A stretch of 64,000 bases of DNA, taken from Candidatus Dormiibacterota bacterium (GTDB lineage: Bacteria > Chloroflexota > Dormibacteria > Aeolococcales > Aeolococcaceae). The position numbers and the translations under genes are program-made. The stretch is from NCBI GenBank assembly GCA_963718525.1, contig OY970355.1:896001-960000 (forward strand), read 5' to 3'. Each line of letters starts with the position of its first letter. Position 1 is the stretch's first letter. The notes under the pieces were generated by a model. That model did not search any database. It worked only from the letters and a program-made list of their open reading frames with translations, and was not told where the DNA came from. Positions 57,912 through 64,000 of this stretch are shown in pieces.

Positions 57912-58367
57912 TCAGCCGTGCACCCAGGCGGTGTCGGTGGCATTCCACTCAAGAAGGTCCGCGGGTTCGAAGAAGAGCGCAACCTCCTCCGCGCCACGTT
58001 CCGGTGAGTCGCTCCCATGCACCACGTTATTGCCAATGCTGACCGCAAGATCGCCGCGAATGCTGCCTGGCGCCGCCGCCGAGGGATTGGTTGCGCCCAT
58101 CATCGAGCGCACCTGCGTGACCGCGTCCTCGCCTTCCCACACCATGGCAACGACGGGCGCCGAGGTGATGAATTCCACCAGGCCCGCGAAGAACGGCTTG
58201 CCACGATGCTCGGCGTAATGGCGCTCGGCGAGGTCACGGTCCATCCGCAACATCCTGAGCGCCACAAGGTGCAGCCCGCGTTGCTCGAAACGCGTGATCA
58301 GCGCACCGATGAGGCGGCGCTGGACACCGTCTGGCTTGACGAGGACCAGTGTTCGTTCGATGCTCAC
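57912..58367 (-). CDS. ndk: Nucleoside diphosphate kinase
   Basis: ERTLVLVKPDGVQR, GATNP, PGSIRGD, NVVHGSDS. Confidence 0.96.
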   Translation of the reverse strand: MSIERTLVLVKPDGVQRRLIGALITRFEQRGLHLVALRMLRMDRDLAERHYAEHRGKPFFAGLVEFITSAPVVAMVWEGEDAVTQVRSMMGATNPSAAAPGSIRGDLAVSIGNNVVHGSDSPERGAEEVALFFEPADLLEWNATDTAWVHG

Positions 58368-58389
58368 GGCGCGACAGTCTGACACGCGA

Positions 58390-59667
58390 TCATCGGATCG
58401 CGATCGCCTTCTCGAATCGTGTTTCGCTCCTGAATGGACCCACCACGGCCGCGCGGAGCCCGGCGCAGAGCAGCCGCTCGGCAAGCTCGCGCACCTGCGC
58501 CGCCTCCACGAACTCGAGGCGCGCCACCAACTCCTCGGGTTCCACGATCCTCCCCTGGAGCAGGAGTTGCTGTCCCGCATATTCGCCGAGTGCCGACGTG
58601 CTCTCGAGCTGCAGCAGCAGCCGCCCTTTCGCGTATTCGCGTGCCTTGGTGAGCTCGGCGTCGCCGACGGGGTCATCGGCGAGCTTGCGCAGTTCCGCCA
58701 CGGCAGCTTCGACGGCCGTCGCCGCCTGGCGGGGCTCGCACGCCAGACCGATCCCCAGCACGCCCGTGTCGGACATGCGGCTCATGAATGAGTGCACGTC
58801 GTAGACGAGCCCGCGATGCTCGCGGAGCTCGAGAAAGAGACGGCTCGACATGCCCTCCCCGAGGATGACGTTGAGGATGTCGGCAACATGGCGATCCGGG
58901 TCGTTGTACGAGGGAGCTCGCGCGCCGATCAGGATGTTCGCCTGCTCGGCGCTGCGCCGGATCACTCGAAGTGGCGGACCGGACGGCGGTGTCGCCGGCA
59001 GCGCGGGCTCCGGGGTGCCGCTCCGGCTCGTGGCCCACGGCGCGATCGCCTGGTCGATGGTCGCGGTGGCTTCGGCTGCTTCGAACCCCCCGGCGATGCT
59101 CACCACCAGGGTCGAAGGCAGCAGGTGCTTCTCCAGGTGCCGCCGGCATTCGTCGGCGGTGAATGACAGGACGCTCTCCTCGCGCCCGGCGACATCCCAC
59201 CCCAGCGGGTGGTCGGGCCACATCAGAGCATCGAACGCGATCTGGACGTAGTCCTGGGGATTGTCCTGGTACATGCGCAGCTCTTCGATGACCACCTGGC
59301 GCTCTTTCACGACCTCCGCGTCGTCCAGCGCCGGCGTGAGCAGCATGTCGGTGAGCACCGAAACGGCCAGGCCCAGCTTTGCCACGGGAACGCGCGTCCA
59401 GAACACAGTTGCCTCGCGATCGGTCGCGGCGTTGAGCACCCCGCCGACGCCCTCGATCGCCTCGCTGATATCGCGCGCGGTCGGGTATCGCCTGCCGCCC
59501 TTGAACACCATGTGTTCGACGAAGTGGCTGATGCCGCTCTCCGCCTCGAACTCGTAGCGGGAGCCGACCCCGATCATGAAGGCGATCGCCACCGAGGCGC
59601 GGCCCGGCAACGGAACAGCCGTGAGCCTGGTCCCGCCGGACAGGGATTCGACGCCGAATTCGGTCAG
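58390..59667 (-). CDS. M16 family zinc peptidase
   Basis: GSRYE, GISHFVEHMVFKG (HxxEH), GMSSRLF.ELRE; start inferred at a CTG overlapping the jag stop. Confidence 0.9.
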   Translation of the reverse strand: MTEFGVESLSGGTRLTAVPLPGRASVAIAFMIGVGSRYEFEAESGISHFVEHMVFKGGRRYPTARDISEAIEGVGGVLNAATDREATVFWTRVPVAKLGLAVSVLTDMLLTPALDDAEVVKERQVVIEELRMYQDNPQDYVQIAFDALMWPDHPLGWDVAGREESVLSFTADECRRHLEKHLLPSTLVVSIAGGFEAAEATATIDQAIAPWATSRSGTPEPALPATPPSGPPLRVIRRSAEQANILIGARAPSYNDPDRHVADILNVILGEGMSSRLFLELREHRGLVYDVHSFMSRMSDTGVLGIGLACEPRQAATAVEAAVAELRKLADDPVGDAELTKAREYAKGRLLLQLESTSALGEYAGQQLLLQGRIVEPEELVARLEFVEAAQVRELAERLLCAGLRAAVVGPFRSETRFEKAIAIR

Positions 59668-60419
59668 TACGACCGCCCGGAGGACCGGCCCTGACGGGCT
59701 CCTTCGAAGCGCTCCGGAGGACCACCCTGCGCAGGCCCCGTTGGATTGATGACCACGCGACGCGCCGGCTCCCTGCCGGTGCTCTCGGTGGTCACGGCGG
59801 GGTCGTCGGCCAGGGTCATGTGAATCACGCGGCGCTCGTAGGCATGCATCGGGTCGAGCGTGTACGGCTCGCCGGTTCGCTTGACCCGAAGTGCGAGACG
59901 CTCCGCCAGCTCGCGGACCTGGTCCTCGCGGCGTGCACGATAGCGCTCGACATCGAGGATCACCCTGCGCGACTCGACTCCCTCCTCGCCGAGCATGAGG
60001 TTCACGGCAGTCTGCAGTGATCTCAGCGTCTCCCCGCGCCACCCGATCAGCAGGCCCAGGTCGTCACCCGCGATGTCAAGGATCACCGGGCCTCCCGACG
60101 AGGAGCTCGTGGTTCCCGTTCCACGGCGCACGCTCACCCTGCAGGGCACCTCCATGCGCGTGAGCAGCTCCTCGAGCAGCGCTCGCGCGTTCGCCGCGTG
60201 CTCGTCGATCCGGTAGACGCGCACGCGTCGCTCGCCGGTGGACAGACGCTCGCCGGGCATCGCCCTGCTCTCCGGCGACAGCACCTGCACCTCCACGTGC
60301 TCGCGGCTGGCCCCGAGTTGAGCGAGCGCGACGCTCACGGCCTCCTCGATGGTCGCCCCGCGCGCCTCGACCCCGTCCTCGGTCTCTGCCTCGACCGCGC
60401 TAACCCTGCTCTCGCTCAC
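59664..60419 (-). CDS. jag: Jag/EloR (KhpB) RNA-binding protein with KH and R3H domains
   Basis: LLIGWRGETLRSLQ, PM..YERRVIH, TES.G.EP.R. Confidence 0.93.
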   Translation of the reverse strand: MSESRVSAVEAETEDGVEARGATIEEAVSVALAQLGASREHVEVQVLSPESRAMPGERLSTGERRVRVYRIDEHAANARALLEELLTRMEVPCRVSVRRGTGTTSSSSGGPVILDIAGDDLGLLIGWRGETLRSLQTAVNLMLGEEGVESRRVILDVERYRARREDQVRELAERLALRVKRTGEPYTLDPMHAYERRVIHMTLADDPAVTTESTGREPARRVVINPTGPAQGGPPERFEGARQGRSSGRSY

Positions 60420-60440
60420 CGTTCTCCCTCAACGCCGCGA

Positions 60441-61529
60441 TCAGCGGCGCCGTCTCCGTCTGTTCGGTCTGTTGGGTCGGGCCAGCGAGCGTGCTGTCGC
60501 GCTCTGGGAGCGGACCGGTGGCTCCTCGTCGGCGGCATCCGGCTTGTTGCCGTTGGCACTTGCCGACCTGGTCCCATTGCTCTTGGCCGTTCCGTTTTTG
60601 CCAGGTGTGACGACGACTGTCGTCTTCTTCGAGCCCGCTCCGGTCTTGACCGGCGTGCGGGGAATCGTCAGCGCCGTGACCCGATTGGCGCCCGGGAACC
60701 AGGCCGGCACCACGAGGCCGTTCCACCCGAGCAGGTGGTACTGCTGCGCGACCATGAAGATCGTGCCGGTTGCCCAGTAGATCGCCAGCCCCTGGGGGAA
60801 CAGGAAGCTGAAGATGAAGATCATCACCGGGAAGATGAACGACATCTGCTTGGTGACGCCCTGCATGGAGCGTTCCTGGTCGGACATGTCGGGACGCGAG
60901 GGCGGCATCATCATCCGCGACTGCGCAAAGGTGAACGCGCCGGCGATGATCGGCAGGATCAGCAGCTGCGGTTGCGTGAGCAGGCCGGCGAGCCCTGCGT
61001 GCCCGGTGCAGCACGCCGCTTGCGCAGACTGGGTGACATCGTGGATCCAGAGAAATCCCTTGTCCGAGTTCGCGAGAATGCCCTTGTTGGTGAAGTAGCG
61101 GATCGACTGATACAGGCCGATGAGCACGGGCATCTGCACCAGCGCCGGGATGCACCCGGTCAAGCTCGAGAAGGGGCTGATGCCGTGCTCTTTGTAGAGC
61201 GCGTTCATCTCCTGGCTGAGCCGCTGCGGCTCCTTCTTGTACTTCTTGCGAAGCTCCTGGAGCTGCGGAGCGACCAGTCGCTGCTCGGCCTGAATGCGCC
61301 GGGACGTGCGCAACTGCCAGCCGAACACCGGGAAGAGCACCGCTCGAATCGCGATGGTGAGCACCATGACGCTCAACCCGAACGCGCCGATGGACCTCAG
61401 GGGCCCGACGCTGGTGAAAAACGTGTTCAACTCGCGCAGGACCCACTCGAAGGGGTACTGCAGGAGCGTGAAGATCGAGAGCGGATTGAACCCGGACGAT
61501 GTGGTGGTCGTTGCTGCGGCGAGGATCAC
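60441..61529 (-). CDS. yidC: Membrane protein insertase YidC
   Basis: LTIAIR, P.LQEL.KKY, GCIP.LVQMP, GLAIYW. Confidence 0.94.
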   Translation of the reverse strand: MILAAATTTTSSGFNPLSIFTLLQYPFEWVLRELNTFFTSVGPLRSIGAFGLSVMVLTIAIRAVLFPVFGWQLRTSRRIQAEQRLVAPQLQELRKKYKKEPQRLSQEMNALYKEHGISPFSSLTGCIPALVQMPVLIGLYQSIRYFTNKGILANSDKGFLWIHDVTQSAQAACCTGHAGLAGLLTQPQLLILPIIAGAFTFAQSRMMMPPSRPDMSDQERSMQGVTKQMSFIFPVMIFIFSFLFPQGLAIYWATGTIFMVAQQYHLLGWNGLVVPAWFPGANRVTALTIPRTPVKTGAGSKKTTVVVTPGKNGTAKSNGTRSASANGNKPDAADEEPPVRSQSATARSLARPNRPNRRRRRR

Positions 61530-61810
61530 GCGGCGCTCCCGTGCCGGGTCGCGTCGTGATGGACGCGGCGCGCCGCGCGCCAGCTGATGTACGTCTCGGG
61601 CACGGGGTCGATGCCACCCTCGTGGAAGGGATGACAGCGGGCGATCCGGCGCACCGCCAGCCACCAGCCGCGGCGCGCGCCGAAGCGCTGGATCGCCTCG
61701 TAGCCGTAGTGCGAGCACGTGGGCTCGTAGCGGCAGGAGCTCATCATTCCGAAGAGGGGTCCGATGGTCACCTGGTAGATCCGGATGAACACCAGGCTGG
61801 CGTGTTTCAC
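61526..61810 (-). CDS. yidD: Membrane protein insertion efficiency factor YidD
   Basis: [21 protein letters not shown]. Confidence 0.95.
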   Translation of the reverse strand: MKHASLVFIRIYQVTIGPLFGMMSSCRYEPTCSHYGYEAIQRFGARRGWWLAVRRIARCHPFHEGGIDPVPETYISWRAARRVHHDATRHGSAA

Positions 61811-62154
61811 GTGCGAGCCCCCTGACGGCTTGACGTGGCCGCCGCGGTCATCGCCGTCGACAGGGCGGAGCGCAGGCTCAGGAACGGCATCTCGGTGGCG
61901 CGCCCATGCAGGCTCACCACCATGTCGAGCCCAGCATGCTCCACCAGGATCGGCGTGATCGCCGCGCGCAGACGGCGGCGGGCGCGATTGCGGCTCACCG
62001 CGCCGCTGGCTCCCGGCACCGCGAACGCAACTCGGGACACGTGCGATTCCCCAGGGAGCGCGCGGATTCGAACGGCGCCGGAGCGTGCGTCGCTCCCGAA
62101 TTCCCGCACCGCCGCAATCCGGCGTCGCCCGGCAAGGCGATGCCGCGGGTTCAT
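61807..62154 (-). CDS. rnpA: Ribonuclease P protein component
   Basis: [12 protein letters not shown] (RNR motif); synteny. Confidence 0.88.
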   Translation of the reverse strand: MNPRHRLAGRRRIAAVREFGSDARSGAVRIRALPGESHVSRVAFAVPGASGAVSRNRARRRLRAAITPILVEHAGLDMVVSLHGRATEMPFLSLRSALSTAMTAAATSSRQGART

Positions 62155-62297
62155 CGCGTGGGAGCCGGAGTCAGGCGCTTGCGGCCCTTTCGACGGCGTG
62201 CCTTGAGCACCTGGCGGCCACCCGGCGTCGCCATACGTATGCGAAAGCCGTGCGTCTTGCGCCGGTAGCGCTTCTTGGGTTGGTACGTCCGCTTGAT
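62151..62297 (-). CDS. rpmH: 50S ribosomal protein L34 (apparent ATC start codon)
   Basis: [42 protein letters not shown]; GGAGA SD upstream of ATC. Confidence 0.93.
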   Translation of the reverse strand: MKRTYQPKKRYRRKTHGFRIRMATPGGRQVLKARRRKGRKRLTPAPTR

Positions 62298-62557
62298 GGC
62301 CGTCTCTCCGAGACACTGATCGCGTCGGGGGCGCTCGAGGCACCGCTGAGCCCGACGGGGTTGCTTCGCGAGTATATCAAGGCAACGGCAGACCACCCTT
62401 CCTTCCGAAAGAGTTGCCGCGACGAGATCACAGGACGGTGGTGCGCTCGCTCCGCTTGTGACCGGGGCTGCGCATTGCTAAACTCCCCAGGCTGCAGCGG
62501 GAGCGGGAGCCCTTCTCTTCGTCTGAAAAAGCCCCCCGGCCACCAGCGGCCATGCAT

Positions 62558-62588
62558 TTATCCACTGATGTGCACAAGTTGTGGATAA
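62558..62588. other. DnaA-box cluster (dnaA promoter / part of oriC)
   Basis: TTATCCACT 62558-66, TGTGCACAA 62569-77 and perfect TGTGGATAA 62580-88 in the rpmH-dnaA gap. Confidence 0.85.
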
Positions 62589-62710
62589 CTGCGCTGTGAT
62601 CGGCAGGCCAAGGCGAGGAACGAGTGGATCGAACAGTCGGTATCGGCGTCGTCGGTGACCAGCCCCCGCGCGCGGAACCCAATCTCGAGAGTGGGAACTC
62701 GACCGCGAGC

Positions 62711-64000
62711 ATGGATCCGCAACAGCTCTGGCAGGTCGCCCAGGAGGAACTTCGCTTCCAGGTGGTGCGCCCCGGGTACGAGGCCTGGCTCGCAAATGCC
62801 GTCCTCGTGGATTCCGACGGGCACACCTTCACCGTCGGCGTTCCGACGATGTTCGCCCGCGACTGGGTGAGCGAGCGCTATGTCCCGCTGATCCGGGAGA
62901 CCCTCTCCGGCGTGCTAGGTCGCGATTGCGAGGTGATCATCACCGTCGACCCGGAGCACTCGCCGCCGCCCGAGGCACCACCACACGTGCCGGATCCGAC
63001 CTATGCGCACGTGAGCGAGCCCGAGGACGGTGCCAATGACTCCCGGCTCAACCCGGCATTCACGTTCAGCACCTTTGTCGTGGGCAATTCCAGCCGTTTC
63101 GCGCACGCGGCGTGCCGCGCGGTCGCGGAAGCGCCGGGCAAGGCGTACAACCCGCTCTTCCTGTATGGCGGCGTGGGTCTCGGCAAGACCCACCTCATGC
63201 ACGCGATCGGACACGCAGTGCGCGAAACCGATCGCAGCGCCAAGGTGGCCTACGTGACGTCCGAGAAATTCATGAACGAGATGGTGGCTTCGATCGTCGA
63301 GAACCGGCCGGCCGAGTTCCGCATGCGCTACCGCGGTGTGGACGTGCTGCTCATCGACGACATCCAATTCCTGGCCGGCAAGGACCACACCCGCGAGGAG
63401 TTCTTCCACACGTTCAACGCGCTGCAGGAATTCCAGAAGCAGATCGTGGTCAGCAGCGACCGTCCGCCCAAGGACATCCCCACGCTCGAGGACCGTCTGC
63501 GCAGCCGCTTCGAAGGTGGGCTGATGGCCGACATCCAGCCGCCGGACTTCGAGACCAGGCTCGCGATCCTGACCACCAAGCTCGGCCCCTACAGCAAGCT
63601 CGTGCCCGACGAGGTCTGCTCGTTCATCGCACACCGCATCCAGAAGAACATCCGCGAGCTCGAGGGCGCTCTCATTCGCGTCCTCGCCCACGCATCGATC
63701 AACGGCCAGCAGATCACCCTCGAGACGGCGCAGCAGATCCTGCGCGACGTCATCCCGGTGCAGGAACTCGACGCCGGTGAGCATCGAGACCATTCAAATC
63801 GCGGTCGCCGCTCATTACGCGATCTCGGTCGAGGAGATGAAGGGCAAGCGTCGCGACAAGAACATCGTCTTCCCGCGCCAGGTCGCCATGTACCTCATCC
63901 GCGAGGAGACCGAGTCGTCGCTTCCGGTCATCGGCACCGCATTCGGTGGACGGGATCACACAACCGCGCTGCATGCGATCGAGAAGATCACCGAGCTGAT
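62711..64000 (+). CDS. dnaA: Chromosomal replication initiator DnaA (runs off window; +1 frameshift near 63765)
   Basis: MDPQQLWQ..., [43 protein letters not shown]; domain IV ([15 protein letters not shown]) is in the next frame. Confidence 0.95.
   Translation, partial: MDPQQLWQVAQEELRFQVVRPGYEAWLANAVLVDSDGHTFTVGVPTMFARDWVSERYVPLIRETLSGVLGRDCEVIITVDPEHSPPPEAPPHVPDPTYAHVSEPEDGANDSRLNPAFTFSTFVVGNSSRFAHAACRAVAEAPGKAYNPLFLYGGVGLGKTHLMHAIGHAVRETDRSAKVAYVTSEKFMNEMVASIVENRPAEFRMRYRGVDVLLIDDIQFLAGKDHTREEFFHTFNALQEFQKQIVVSSDRPPKDIPTLEDRLRSRFEGGLMADIQPPDFETRLAILTTKLGPYSKLVPDEVCSFIAHRIQKNIRELEGALIRVLAHASINGQQITLETAQQILRDVIPVQELDAGEHRDHSNRGRRSLRDLGRGDEGQASRQEHRLPAPGRHVPHPRGDRVVASGHRHRIRWTGSHNRAACDREDHRAD

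Noticed and set aside
61803-61818. parS-like TGTTTCACGTGCGAGC
   Set aside because: The second half-site is poor and the match coincides with the yidD start (GTGAAACAC), so coding sequence explains it.
1-64000. Numerous long overlapping or antisense ORFs in the six-frame track (for example 7755..9554 +, 19251..21062 -, 42846..44414 -, 29665..31209 +)
   Set aside because: They are shadow ORFs of high-GC genes: they overlap well-supported genes and show no family motifs.

Overview
High-GC bacterial chromosome segment of mostly housekeeping genes. It ends at the replication-origin cluster (jag-yidC-yidD-rnpA-rpmH, DnaA boxes, dnaA). Gene content and protein style suggest a monoderm Terrabacteria lineage such as Ca. 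Dormibacterota or a Chloroflexi relative; this is inference only. Contents include cell-wall genes (murE, glucosaminidase, amidase-like gene, D,D-carboxypeptidase, two FemABX), gcvT-gcvH, tRNA-Val(CAC), rpsF-ssb-rpsR, an aminotransferase-serA-DUF1015 cluster, folB/folD/folC, an ABC exporter, glpX/yvcK, an Rrf2-suf Fe-S operon, a probable 6S RNA, parAB, SOD, a CopC/CopD fusion, lepB and ndk. No CRISPR array, transposase or prophage was seen. The most notable observations are: (1) a free-standing single-motif LAGLIDADG gene divergent from parA, with its own leaderless promoter overlapped by a parS-like inverted repeat; (2) a membrane amidase homolog with degenerate catalytic residues whose C-terminus (DDIPL) resembles the SSB tail; (3) a small coiled-coil plus triple AT-hook-like protein; (4) a leader-peptide/terminator attenuator ahead of the ABC exporter; (5) frequent leaderless gene starts; (6) apparent ATC and CTG start codons; and (7) a +1 frameshift in dnaA, which warns of possible sequence errors. 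All calls come from reading the sequence by eye; no searches were run.
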